This document shows positions 23,221-36,097 of a stretch of DNA of 64,000 nucleotides, one piece after another. The translations under genes were made by a program, and so were the position numbers. Under the pieces are notes generated by a model that saw only the letters and a program-made list of their open reading frames with translations, did not search any database and was not told the DNA's origin. Positions within the stretch are counted from its first letter, which is position 1; each line of letters opens with the position of its first letter. The stretch covers positions 14,818,001 through 14,882,000 of the forward strand of contig NC_043006.1 of NCBI RefSeq assembly GCF_006345805.1. Direction: 5' to 3'. The stretch comes from Octopus sinensis (Eukaryota).

Positions 23221-23585
23221 AACGAGCACTCAGAGAGCGCAAACCTCCGCCAAGGCAACACCAATGTCCTCTCGATGATTCGCTGGAGATGATTTTTAAA
23301 ACGAGAATATCTGAAATAAACTTGACTGCTCTCACAAACGAGAATACTAAAAATGAACCCGACTGATCTCAAAAACTAAGTAAAAAAACAGGAAGAATAA
23401 TCCAGAATCCTTGTCCGGTACCAGATCGATCCTAAAATGTAATCTCTTTGTGCCAGTCATGAAGCCAAACATCCCTGAAAGTTTCATCTGAATCCATCCA
23501 GCGGTCCTTGAGATATCTCGTCCACGGACCAACAAACCAACAAACACGACTTAAAACAATGCCTCTGCCTTCGCTGAGGTGATAA
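23221..23585 (+). mobile_element. Helentron-associated (HINE/DINE-1-like) non-autonomous element
   Basis: 5' subterminal aacctccgccaagg, 3' gcctctgccttcgctgaggt stem-loop, internal (aacc/aac) simple repeat; follows a (TA)n tract. Confidence 0.6.
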
Positions 23586-23589
23586 AAGA

Positions 23590-24835
23590 ACAGCCAAAAA
23601 AGCTTTTTTTTAATTCTATATTTCACTGTTAGCTGTTGAAATCTTTCGATTGGATAGAAATAACTTTTGAAACCCGCTCTTGTTATCCTTCAATGTTGAA
23701 CAATTATCGCTGGGAAATCCAAGTATGTTACTTATAGATACATCTTCTTTTGTAAACATAGACTTGACATCATCATACAAACCCTGAGACGAACCATTTT
23801 CTACAACAATTGTATCCAGAAGAGCATCCTTGACATCAAGCGATTCTTCAAAAAAATAAAGCGAACACCTATTGCTACGATTAGTGTCACTGAAATGTCC
23901 GTACTCTCATCTATCAATACTGAAAATTTTGTTTCTTGAGAATTTTCAAGATTTCATTTCGTTCATAATGTGCAATTCCGTCTTGCATAATATATGTTAA
24001 TTTTGTATTTTTAATTTGTAGATTTTAAGCTATTTCACTATCGGGAAAGACCTTTTTACAAATTTCAGCTAAATGATTTATATAACCAGTTAGTAGCAAG
24101 TCTGCGTTAGTTACTTTTTCATTTAATGTATCATCCGTTTTTTAAACAATAAATGAATCTAATTTGATAGACGATTTCGCACAATCTAAAGCTTTCTTGT
24201 GTTTGGCAGTATTTTTAAGGGCCAACAGCATTAATTTGTTAGCATTTTCCAATACAACGTTGCAACAAATGCAGTAAGTGTCAGATTTTTATCATCTTGT
24301 ACCCGATCTTTAAGCTCAGCAGCCTCTAACCACAACTTCTTGAAATTTTGGTGTACCTCTTTGTGGACACACAATTGTCTGCCATTACTTCGCAAAGGGT
24401 CACAAAACAAAAACACTCACTCAAAATGTTGCAAAACAAATTTTAAATCACGAGTAACAATCGAAGCATACACCATCAACACTGGCGGTGTCAGAGTTTC
24501 AGGCAAGTTATACAAGCGGCCACCAACTATAAACAAGTAATGAACGTGTACGATCGGTAATTATGTTACATTCAATATTTGTCTCGATAAATTCATTACG
24601 TGAGACGATTATGGATGATGTATAGAAAGTTTACCAAGTATTAGAAGAGCTGCAACTTTGGTACATATTGCATACAAAAAAGTATGACACCGAATTCTCT
24701 TTAAAAGATAAGTTTGCAGCCAAAACCAACTTAAAAACCCAGATTCAATGTAAATTTGTAAATTAAAACCCATCAAGCCGTCATTACTCCCAAAAACCCA
24801 GATCTGGGTGGAAAAACCCATCAGTGGCATTCCTG
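23590..24835 (-). mobile_element. Degenerate hAT transposon, 5' half
   Basis: Minus-strand end CAGGAATGCCA; transposase pieces CCNVVLENANK..KNTAKHKK, VFPDSEIA, FSVLIDESTDISVT. Confidence 0.7.
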
Positions 24836-24906
24836 GTTACAAGTGAAGAACTGAGATGCTTAGTGATTGTGAGCAAACAATATCTGTATCCCCACCTCTC
24901 TCTTTC

Positions 24907-24947
<41 letters not shown>

Positions 24948-24952
<5 letters not shown>

Positions 24953-25893
24953 CGTTTCTCATTGTGTTCGACGTTTTTTTGGTGTCCTGTACTCATATAT
25001 GCGTGTATATATACATGTAGAGGTAGGTACGTACATGTATGTATATATATATGCATATGTTTTATTTATTAATATATTATATGACGGAACGCACGCATCC
25101 CTTTCTAAGTAAGATTGTTCTTGATATTAATTTTGATGCGCACTCTTAACCTTTCAGTCCCATCCCTTTCTCAGCCTTCATTCTTTGATTTCCTTTTCTT
25201 CTACTTAACTGTCTCTCCCTCTCTCTCATTCTTCACTCTCTCTCTCCCTCTCTCTCATTCTTCATGGTTTCCTCACAACCATTCCCCTTTCTTCCCTCCC
25301 TTTCTCTTGCTCCTCCTCCTCCCTCCCGTCGTTGACCCGCGACGAGAGCTCTGCTACTGTCTTTTCTGGCCTGACCTTTTTGAGGTGTGGATGGCAATTT
25401 TCTTTGCTCCCATCGCCGTTCACAGAAATAGCGTTCGTAACACATTTTTTCGTTCGGCTAACATCCCTTCTTGTCTTGTTATTCTCCTTGTCCTGTATTT
25501 TACTGTTTATATTTTGTACTGTCGTTACTGTCCTGTTTTTGTTACCATTTTTACCCCTCTGCAAAAAGATCTCAAATTTTATTTGATTTGCTTTTCGCAG
25601 GAAGGAAAGTTTCTTTCGAAGATACGTCTCGCCTTCACCTTCGAAACGTAGAGTAGATGAAACCATGGCGACTGAAGAAGGGGTTTTTTTCTTGTGTTAT
25701 TTGTCCTGTACTCTATTTTTTGTTGTTTAAGAAATATGTCCAGTTCCTTGGGTTTGTGTCTATGTTTTCGTTTCTCATTGTGTTCGACGTTTTTTTGGTG
25801 TCCTGTACTCATATATGCGTGTATATATACATGTAGAGGTAGGTACGTACATATATGTATATATATATATATATGCATATGTTTTATTTATTA

Positions 25894-25900
<7 letters not shown>
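24948..25900. repeat. Segment bounded by a ~135-bp direct repeat (24948-25082 / 25763-25900), PLE-like
   Basis: Near-identical direct copies; 25530-25860 resembles the reverse complement of 35040-35435. Confidence 0.6.
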
Positions 25901-25932
<32 letters not shown>

Positions 25933-25945
<13 letters not shown>

Positions 25946-26157
25946 GATAGCTACATACACACACAGACTTCTATGTGTGAGTGTGCACGTGTCCCCACGC
26001 CTTGTTTTTGGTACAGAAAGAATTTGGTCTCCAGTTTTTATTGCCTTAGAAGGTCAAAGGTTCTGGGTACAAAGTGACCAGCTATACAGAGAGAGGAGAG
26101 AGAGAGAGATTAAGAGATGTGTATCTGTTTGGTACACGTCTAACTACTATCTGTCTA
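25933..26157 (+). repeat. ~230-bp repeat, inverted partner of 22560-22790
   Basis: See partner. Confidence 0.85.
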
Positions 26158-26189
26158 TCAACCCGAGCTGACCAAAGCCTTGTCGCATT

Positions 26190-26223
<34 letters not shown>

Positions 26224-26382
26224 CCTATGTGTGTATGTTTGTATATATGTATAAGTATACATCCCCATCTTTCATTACTATAGCTTCTTTTTCTTGTCTT
26301 TTTTGTTGAAGTTGTTCTTATTTCATTTTTTTGTATTTCTTTCATTTTTCTTTTATCTCCCTAAGAAATTCGTTGACAAGCT

Positions 26383-26985
26383 GGATCTTTTCCTTTTGAA
26401 CGGCAGTTTTCAACACAATTTCTAGTTAACTAAACACTTTTAAACTTCGTATACTGGTAGAATGTGTCAAAATAAAACATTTTTTTCTCTTGGCTTTCTT
26501 GAGAAAATTGTAATTTGTAAGTTTAACATAGTTTAATTTTTCGAATTTTAACCAATCAATGGCCTCTATTGTCTAAAATTATTCGTTTTGCTTTTGTTTT
26601 GAGTTTTTGCTTTCGTTTTAGCCTTTCGTTTTTTCCCCTTAATTGTTAAATTAATTTAAGGATAACAATTAAGAAAAAAAAATACGAAAGGCTAAAATTT
26701 AGGGTTAGGGCTAGTGTTAGGGTTAGTGTTAGGGTTAGGGCTAGGGTTAGTGACAGGATGTTGTTTCAGTTTTAGACGCAGCAAATGATTTTAGCTCAAT
26801 AGAGACCATTGATTGGTTAAAATTCGAAAAATTAAACTACGTTAAATTTACAAATTACAATTTTCTCAAGAAAGCCAAGAGAAAAAAATGTTTTATTTTG
26901 ACACATTCTACCAGTATACGAAGTTTAAAAGTGTTTAGTTAACTAGAAATTGTGTTGAAAACTGCCGTTCAAAAGGAAAAGATCC
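26383..26985. mobile_element. Foldback DNA element (GGATC ends, TTAGGG core)
   Basis: Near-perfect outer arms; perfect 8-bp TSD gacaagct; ttagggttagggctagtgttagggttag at 26700-26750. Confidence 0.9.
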
Positions 26986-27577
26986 GACAAGCTTTTTTCA
27001 TTTACTTTTTTATATTTTTTTCCTCGTCTGGCTCGAAATTTTCAGTAAACTTCTTAACCAAAGTAAATAGATGACTCATATATGTACTTCGATCTTAACA
27101 TGGGGCCCCTCAACCACGGATGCCCCCTGTGACCGCAGGAGTTGCAGGGGCTTAGTGTCGGCCCTGAGTGAAGTAAAAAAGAAATAGCTTAAGGTGAGAT
27201 TTGCTCCTCAAACTAGACTTTATACCAGAACCTTCTCTAGCGGCTTTAGCGACCTCCCAAGCAACTTCAGGAAAATTTGAGCCAAGGTTTGAAGTCAATA
27301 GCAATCTGAAAGTGTATCTTTTCAAAGCACAATAGGTGTCTTACTCAAACAATGATGTTGTGTCAGCTGTTGTGTTTAATACAAGAAACTCGAATTTATT
27401 GCTTATCCTGCTGGTTATTGACAAGTGTACAATAAGAAATTATTTTATGTCTGTGTCACTGGCTTTACGGAGACTACTATTGAATATCAATGTCAACCAC
27501 ATATGTACCCATGCACTCACACTCACATACACAGACATACACACACACACACACACTAACACACACACCACACACAC

Positions 27578-27615
<38 letters not shown>

Positions 27616-27661
27616 ATGTAGGCATGGATGTATCTGTGTGGTAAGAAGCTTCCTTCTCTTA

Positions 27662-28105
27662 AGCGGCGTGCTCGCAGAAACGTTAGCATGCCGGGCGAAA
27701 TGCTTAGTGGTATTTCGTCTGCCGTTACGTTCTGAGTTCAAATTCCGCCGAGGTCGACTTCGCCTTTTATCCTTTCGGGGTCGATTAAATAAGTACCAGT
27801 TACGCACTGGGGTTGATATAATCGACTTAATCTATGTGTCTGTCCTTGTTTGTCCCCTCTGTGTGTAGCCCCTTGTGGGCAGTAAAAAAAGAGGTATTTC
27901 GTCTGCCACTACCTTCAGTGTTCAATTTCCGCCGAGGTCGACTTTGCCTTTCATCCTTTCGGAGTCGATTAAATAAGTACTAGTTACGCACTGGGGTCGA
28001 TATAATCGACTTAATCTGTTTGTCTGTCCTTGTTTGTCCTCTCTGTGTTTAGCCCCTTGTGGTTAGTAAACAAATAGGTATTTCGTCTGCCACTACGTTC
28101 TGAGA
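27662..28105 (+). mobile_element. SINE family A multimer
   Basis: One head, two full body/tail units, and the start of a third (ggtatttcgtctgcc). Confidence 0.88.
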
Positions 28106-28269
28106 GGTGTTTAGCCCACCTCTTAGCAGTTACACCACTTCTCATCACTCGGTCGCTAACATCTTTTGTCATACATATGTATACTACAATATATTTACTA
28201 TATTCTTATTTGTTGACTTCGGTATATCTCTTTGAACATGTTTATATATATATATATATATATATAATC

Positions 28270-28700
28270 ACTTAACGTCCGTTTTCCATGCTAGCATGGG
28301 TTGGACGGTTCAACCGGGGTCTAGGAAACCAGAAGGCTGCACCAGCCTCCAGTCTGATCTGGCTGTGTTTCTACAGCTGGATGCCCTTCCTAACGCCAAC
28401 CACTCCGTGAATGTAGTGGGTGCTTTTTACGTGCCACTGCACATGGGCCAGAGGAGGCTGACAACATCCACAATCGGTTGGTGCCAGTCATGGGGGTGGC
28501 GTTAGCATCGGCCATGTTCGGATGTTGCTTTTTACGTGCCACCGGCACGGGTATCACAACTACAATTTCCATTTTTATTTTTATTTTGAGGTTGATGTCC
28601 TTGACTCAATAGGTCTTCTCAAGCACAGCAGGTCGCCCTACGATCCAAGGTAAGCACAGCAGGCCGTCCTGCGAGCCATGAACTCACTTCATTTGTCGGT
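28270..28700 (-). mobile_element. RTE LINE 3'UTR remnant
   Basis: Same UTR motifs as 51390-52035. Confidence 0.7.
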
Positions 28701-29013
28701 TCTTCACAGCCACAGCATATCTCCAGAGGTCTCTTTCTTTTCATGCATCACTGCGTGCATTTCCACAAATCACATGTCTCTTAAGATCAGTCATGCATAG
28801 CAATGCGTTAAATGTTTATAAATGCCAAACAAGGATTATCATTATCATGACTATATTTGTCCTATATCACTACAGTTCAATGCAACCAAAAAAAAAAAAA
28901 AAATCTGGTTCACTAGTCATCATCATTAGACTGTGGCCAGTATAATAGAATAGGAACTTTATTTGCATATTCAAACGTTTCCCATGAACAAATTTAAAAG
29001 ATATATATGTATA

Positions 29014-29420
29014 GGCGCAGGAGTGGCTGTGTGGTAAGTAGCTTGCTAATCAACCACATGGTTCCGGGTTCAGTCCCACTGCGTGGCATCTTGGGCAAGT
29101 GTCTTCTACTATAGTCCTGGGCCGACCAAAGCCTTGTGAGTGGATTTGGTAGATGGAAACTGAAAGAAGCCCGTCGTATATATGTATATATATATATATA
29201 TGCGTGTGTGTGTCTGTGTTTGTGTTTGTCCCCCTAGCATTGCTTGACAACCGATGCTGGTGTGTTTATGTCCCCGTTACTTAGCGGTTCGGCAAAAGAG
29301 ACCGATAGAATAAGTACTGGGCTTACAAAAGAATAAGTCCCGGGGTCGAGTTGCTCGACTAAAGGCGGTGCTCCAGCATGGCCGCAGTCAAATGACTGAA
29401 ACAAGCAAAAGAGAAAGAGA
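29014..29420 (+). mobile_element. tRNA-derived SINE (family B) with internal microsatellite
   Basis: ggcgcaggagtggctgtgtggtaag head, gggttcagtccc B-box-like, central (TA)n(TG)n, aaaagag tail. Confidence 0.88.
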
Positions 29421-29936
29421 GAATAGATATATATACATATATTGCGTAGTATGTTAGAAATTTGATATTTTCATGTATAAAAGTGGTTGTACTATTTATT
29501 TATATATTTATTTATTTATTTAGTATTTAGAAAAGATTCTGTCAGAATGAAACTTGGTTTATAAATGGATTAATAGAAAAATAGGTGTCACATAATTTCT
29601 CGTTATGAAATTCCGTGTTACAATAATACAAGCTGATATCTTTAAGAAAAGAGAAAAGAAAAAGAAAGAGATAAAGACTTACTTTTAACGTGTCAGATAT
29701 CCTGTGCTAGGAACAAATAGTTTTTTTTAATGTTACCTTGTAAGTGATTTATTAGCTGTAAATTCTATAGATTCACACAGAGAACAAAGTTTTAGAAGCA
29801 CAATTTTATATGTTCAAACTATTAAAATTCTTTCTCTTAATAAAGCTTTAATCTAATATTGTGTGTGTTTAACCGGGTTCCTTCTCTGCTGCCTTCAGTT
29901 TTTTTTCTAATAATCTTTTTCTTTGTCCATTACTTT

Positions 29937-29968
<32 letters not shown>

Positions 29969-30079
29969 GTACGTATGTAAGTATGCAAAGAACAATAGAT
30001 ATAGTTTATGCTTCTGTCAGCTTGCCCTTCCTTACTGCACTTAGAAACCACTCCTCTCTTCTGTGAAAAACTAATTCTG

Positions 30080-30154
<75 letters not shown>

Positions 30155-30229
30155 CACACCACACATACACACATACACACACTGTGTTAAGAAGAAATGA
30201 TTAACACCTTATAATAACTGCACTGAGAC

Positions 30230-30941
30230 GCATCTGGGTGGACATTTACCTAACTTGCCCGAGGGCCGAAGTTCGCGTCGGTGGCGGTACGGTTTACCAG
30301 CGAGACGATAGCCAGGTATCATTCTGCGGCCTCCGTGAAGACAGACGAAGTAGTCCTTCTACCATAACTATCTGGGAAGACGTGCATCCAGGGTATGGGT
30401 GGAAGTAATACCCCCGGAGGTGGACGTAAACTGGATAATAGCGGCAATTTTAATGGATTTCGGGGAAAGGATTACAATCCTACAGGTGACAAAGGTACCA
30501 GCGAAGAATTGGCTCAGGCAGACAGTGGAAATGATAATTTAGGCCGCCCCAGAGGAGTTGGAAGAAACGGTCAACACAATAACGGTGGGAGACGAGGTGA
30601 GACTTGGAGTTGTGGTGGAAAGCAGGAGGTCGAGGTGCTACAACTGTGGACAGTTAGGACACATAAGGGCCAAATGCTCCACCCCCCCACTGTAGAAGGA
30701 CCAAAAGAAGATCCAGTGGAGACCGTGTCTCCAAAAGTAGTGACAACAAGAACTGAGAAGGATGGAAATGAAAAACCAAGGCGCAGGAGTGGCTGTGTGG
30801 TAAGTAGCTTGCTAACCAAACACATGGTTCCAGGTTCAGTCCCACTGCGTGGCATCTTGGGCGAGTGTCTACTGCTATAGCCCCGGGCCGACCAATGCCT
30901 TGTGAGTGGATTTGGTAGACGGAAACTGAAAGAAGCCTGTC

Positions 30942-31011
<70 letters not shown>

Positions 31012-31685
31012 CTGTGTTTGTGCCCCTAGCATTGCTTGACAACCGATGCTGGTGTGTTTACGTCCCCGTCACTTAGCGGTTCGGCAAAAAAGAGATCGAT
31101 AGAATAAGTACTGGGCTTACAAAGAATAAGTCCCGGGGTCGATTTGCTCGACTAAAAGGCGGTGCTCCAGCATGGCCGCAGTCAAATGACTGAAACAAGT
31201 AAAAGAGTAAAGAGTAAAAGAGTACAAAAAGAGAAATCAACAGAATGGACAGAGGTGGGCAAGAAGAAGAGGAAAAGAAGAGAACAGCAAACCAGCGAGG
31301 AAGAAATCAACCCATTCCCGTCCCTCCCCTCCTGCTTCACGCACAAAACCTCACCCCCCTTGCAGACACCAGCCCTCTCCTTATCCTACCAGACACGAAT
31401 ACAAATAATGCAAACACACAAGAGCCACAAATTCCCAGTATCCCCACCCAGGGAAAAGTACCTTATTGTTTTATACAACAGTGCAAAGGTTTCAGTGAGA
31501 AAAGGAGTTGAGAAGTGGACACGAAGGATTGTGAGGGATTACACCCGAGTGTAAGGTGTTCCATCATGTTGAAGGAGAATTATCTCAAGTTAAAAGACAA
31601 GCACAGCAGGAGAGATGTCTGCTACACGGGAAGAGATGTCGACCTGAACTCGTTGCAGCCGAAGGTAAGATTGAGTGAATTTATT
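30230..31685 (+). mobile_element. L1/Tx1-like LINE 5' part (ORF1 with CCHC, possible endonuclease start)
   Basis: APEELEETVNTITVGDEVRLGVVVESRRSRCYNCGQLGHIRAKC at ~30545-30680; interrupted by a SINE B. Confidence 0.6.
30780..31222 (+). mobile_element. SINE family B
   Basis: As 29014-29420; (aaagagt)n tail. Confidence 0.9.
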
Positions 31686-31689
31686 CGAT

Positions 31690-33030
31690 GTCAGCATGCT
31701 GAGCACGTTAAAAAGGTCTTCGAAAGAATAAAGGAGTATGGTTTTAAGCTCAGCGAAGGAAAGTGTGAATTTTTTATGACAAGGATAAAATATCAAGGGC
31801 AGATTATTGATGAAAATGGACGCAGACGAGACCTGTCTAAGGCGAGAACAATAAAAAATATGCTTTCCCCGACAAATATTACAACGTTACAAGCATTTTG
31901 GGGGCTTGCAAATTACTACCAGGTAGACATACCGAATATGCACGATTTAAGAGAATCCCTGAATAACTTGTTAAAAAAAGATGTTAAGTGGGACTGGTCG
32001 GACAAATGCCAAAATGCTTTTGAAGAAATTAAAAACGTCTTGACGTCGGAATTGTCGTTATCATATATTATGATCCGAAGTTGGAAATAATAGTGGCAGC
32101 TGATGCTAGTGAAATTAGTATTGGAGCTGTGATTTTACACAAATGTGTAGATGGTAGTCCGAAAGCAGTAGCTCATGCTTCGCGTTCATTATTGCCGGCT
32201 GAGAAAAGCTACAGTCAAATAGAAAAAGAGGCTAATGTCTATTTTTCTATTTTCTGTTTTATCGAGATTGATAAAACGAGTACCAGTTGAGAACTGGAGG
32301 GGATCGATGTACTCGACTTACCCCTTTTGCGGTAAAAAAACAAAATTCCATGAATTTATACATGGAAAAAGGTTCCGTATGCAGATAGACCACCGCTCAT
32401 TTTTGTTGATCTATGAATAAAAAAAAGGGTATTCCTACTCATATAGCCAACAGATTCCAGTGCTGGGAAATGATTCTGCTGAACTACAACTTCAAGATGG
32501 AGTATTTGCCATCGAAAAAATTGGGACATGCAGATGATTTGTCAAGATCAATACCAAAATACAGTGAATCACTGGGAGACACAGTAATTGCGGCGTTAAA
32601 AGCCGAGAATGAAATAAAAGATATATTGTGCAATGTTGTGCTTGAATTGCCTGTGACATTAGAGGAAATAGAAATTAAGGTAGAGACGGACTAGTTTATT
32701 ATAAAAATGAAAATAACCAGTGAGATCAGAAGAAACAAATAGAAACTACGCGTGGCTGGACGTAACACGGTTTCGAATTTGTATTCGATATGTGATAATG
32801 TTCTTGAGGGTCGTAATGCCTACTTCACTACAAAATCGAATGTTAAAGGAATTCCACATTGGACATCCAGGAATTTTCCAGAATGAAGTTGCTTATGAGT
32901 AGTTATGTTTACTGGCCGAAAATGGATCTAGATATCGAGAAGTTGCTAAAATCCTGCGGAGGTTGTTCTCTTGCAGCGAAGTCACCACCTATAAAATTTC
33001 AACCTTGGCCCCAAACCGATATTCTATGGT
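31690..33030 (+). pseudogene. Ty3/Gypsy pol fragment (RT end, RNase H, integrase Zn region)
   Basis: LSEGKCEFF, LQAFWGLANYY, ADASEISIGAV, AEKSYSQIEKEA, HIGHPGI, YVYWPKMDLDIE..C..C; frameshifts and stops. Confidence 0.9.
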
Positions 33031-33520
33031 CTAGTAATAATATAAATTTCCAACGGGAGTCAATCTCAAAGAAGATGTTGTCGAGAGTCATTGACTCCCC
33101 TGGCGGATTGGAGAATGCATATGATAAGAGTGAGGTTACCCACGGATATATATTCGGAAAATGTGAAGGCCATTGTGGTCGACAAAGACTGAGAGACATG
33201 TGCAGAGACAAGATTTAACCCGCCCGGAGTGTTGGTGGAGTTCGACGAACTGCCACCCGTAGTTGAACTCAGAGACTTGGAGCCTTATACGAGGTATTAA
33301 AAAAGGGAGAAAAAAGAGTAAGTAAGATTGTTTTGTTGAAAGAAAAAAAAAGGGAGAAAGTAAAAGTGTTTCATGGAAAAAAAAAAGAGAAAAAAGATGA
33401 TTAAGAAAAAAACAGTAGACAAATAGAACGATTGTAAATAGTGTGAATAAAACGTTCAAATGGTACTGCATGAGGAGTGGGGCCCATGCAGCCCTTTCAT
33501 CGCTTCATTTTTATATAACA

Positions 33521-33918
33521 CTAGCAGTATCGCCCGGCGTTGCTCGGGTTTGTAAGGGAAATAACTATATAAACATTTTTAGAGATGTAAAGTATAATAG
33601 CCATCTCAATATGGCTAACCACAAAGGGGGGTGGTGTTACTGTAGCTTTTTACGTTCTGAGATTTAATAATACATTTTTAGAGAGTTACTTCCCTTATAT
33701 ATGCCAAAAATGCATTAAAAATGGGAAAAATTGATGGTAATTTTTTTTTTAATTCGTAGACTCATCGTAGACGCGCGCTAATACCCAGAAGTGCTCGATA
33801 TGAATCACGACTATAAGATACCCGGTTTTGGTTAAACTGCACCGCAAAATGTGGGAGTAGTTAGGAATCAAAATCGTAGGAGGCAGACAGCACACAACCT
33901 CTCTTTTATATATAAAGA
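33521..33918 (-). mobile_element. Non-autonomous Helitron
   Basis: Minus strand: A|TC...cccgagcaacgccgggcgatactgCTAG|T; shares internal sequence with 59917-60422. Confidence 0.88.
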
Positions 33919-34306
33919 TTTCATTCTCATTCGTTTTATGTTTTATGTTCCCATTGTGGTGTTGTGGCCGAGGTGCCAAATAAAGAAATAAGAGCATTTT
34001 GGTTGTTGTTTTGTTGATTGCTGTTGAACTGCTGTCTTTTTGTGGAACACGTGTGTTTTGCCGTGTTGCGACAGTATTGTTCGACGTCTTCCCTCTTGAT
34101 TGATGGGGCAACGTCGTAGGTTCGTGTCTTCGTAATGGAATACGAAGGTTGGAGTTCTTCTTCTTCAGACTTTATGTCGTCTGAGGAAGAGCTGGTTAAA
34201 AGTCTGAAGAGAATAGACGAAGTAATGGAGGAGAAGAATTATGCAGAGGCGGTGAAAGAGAAAAGCGAAGACCTGTGTCTGGAAGAGTTGAGTAGATTCA
34301 AAGAAA

Positions 34307-34668
34307 GGATCTTTTCGGTTTGAACGGCAGTTTGTAACATAATTTCTAGGTAACTAAAAAATTTTAAACTTCGTATACTGGTAGAATGTGTTTATAAAAC
34401 ATCATTTTCTCTTGGCCTTATTGAGAAAATTCTATAGTTTGAAACATATTTCGTCTTTAATTTCTTGCATTTCGGCAATTTTAACCAATCGATTACGTCC
34501 ATTAATGTAAACAACATTCTGTGCCGTATGAATATGTCTCTCCTTTAAGAAACAGATTGGGTTTATTTACATTTGTGAAGAAAAAAAGATACCCTTCCCC
34601 CACCCCTAACTAATTTTTTAGTTACCTGGAAATTATGTTACAAACTGCCGTTCAAATCGAAAAGATCC
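34307..34668. mobile_element. Foldback DNA element (GGATC ends), shorter copy
   Basis: TIR ggatcttttcg.tttgaacggcagtttgtaacataattt; perfect 8-bp TSD caaagaaa. Confidence 0.9.
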
Positions 34669-34984
34669 CAAAGAAATGTTTAAAGGGAGCGGGACGACGT
34701 AAAAGTGTTCCCTTTCACAAGAAGTGATGTTTAAGTTGCATGCGAATTGGTCAAAAAGGTATTCTAAAAATTCTTCTCGTTGGAACATTCTGAGAGGTAC
34801 TAAAGTTGTCAAGAATCAACTGTCAGTTAAAACTCATTTGAAATCTGACGATTACACTACGTATGAAGCGCTAATTTAACTTTATGAGCATTACAAAATA
34901 TTTCTTTTTAATGTTGAAATACCATAATTAAAAAAACGTGAAAACCAGACCAACTGATATATGTATTGTGTTGTGTGTGTGTGT

Positions 34985-35034
<50 letters not shown>

Positions 35035-35039
35035 TAATA

Positions 35040-35435
35040 AATATATGCATACATACAAACATATATGTACGTACCGACATCTACCTGCATGTATACATGC
35101 ATATATAAATATATATATACGTACAGGACATCACAAGAAGACGAAAAAATCAACAGAACGAAAACGGAGAAGACATTTTGTTACAACAGAAGGACAGAGA
35201 CGTGGAACAAGACGAAACGAAAACGAAAACGGGAAAAACAATTATGTGTAGCAGAAAAACGAAGTACAGGACATGCTACACAAGGAAAAATCCCCTTCAT
35301 CAGCTGTCGCTAGCAGACACGTGTTTCGAAGGCAAGACAGAACACGTAAGGTCAAGCTAGGCCTTCCTACGAGAGAATTAAAATAAAATAAACTCGTAGA
35401 GGGGTAAACGAGCAGGAAAAAGTAACACAAAAAGG
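35040..35435 (-). mobile_element. PLE-like remnant related to 25530-25860
   Basis: Shared tgtcctgtac, cttcgaaac and ctga.gaagggg motifs; flanked by (TA)n. Confidence 0.5.
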
Positions 35436-35438
35436 GAC

Positions 35439-35502
<64 letters not shown>

Positions 35503-36097
35503 CGGGAAGCTTTATGAAAATAAACAAAAGACGAAGGCAGGTGGAATACAAAAAAAAAGTTGTATTAGTATGGCGCTCATATGCTAGCATGAAAGACGGA
35601 TGTTAAATGATGATGATGATATATTAATTAAAATGAAATTCTGTCTGTCCGTCTGGGACCCTTGTATATCTCAGTCTACATTTACTCTACATAGACATAT
35701 CATATCTCTATGGAATCAGGACGATTCTGGGACTGAGAATCTGCCCTTCGTTTGGTTCTTGAACATCCAGCATTGGGATCTGGTTTAAAAGCATCTGGGT
35801 TGCTATTTCTAGCAGGTAAACCTTCGCTGATTCTCACCATCTTAGTTGGCGTTCATCAGATGACATCAGAGATCGAGGGGGTGGGGGGAGATATTCGCTT
35901 CATTGATTTTACTTCGAGATAAGAACTTTGGAACAAATTGACCAACAGCTGAAATTCAACTTGGAACTGGATCAATAGGATAATTGCATTACAGAATTAA
36001 TTCTCATCTGTCCTCAACCTCTGATTAAACACCACCAGGGCATTTAGTCATTATAGACATATTGTATTATTACACAAATAAGAAAGAAGAAAGCAAA

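Noticed and set aside
26700-26750. True telomere or chromosome fusion site
   Set aside because: Short degenerate TTAGGG inside a TSD-flanked element.
27190-27500. Exon-like islands (LLLTSNLGSNFPEVAWEVAKAAREGS on minus)
   Set aside because: Both strands are open and joining needs a 39-nt intron; unsupported.
30395-30880. 161-aa Gly-rich ORF
   Set aside because: Off-frame reading of the LINE ORF1 region running into a SINE.
35845-35875. Minus-strand CTGATGA as another hammerhead
   Set aside because: Followed by GAAG rather than GAAA, with no stem I or III.
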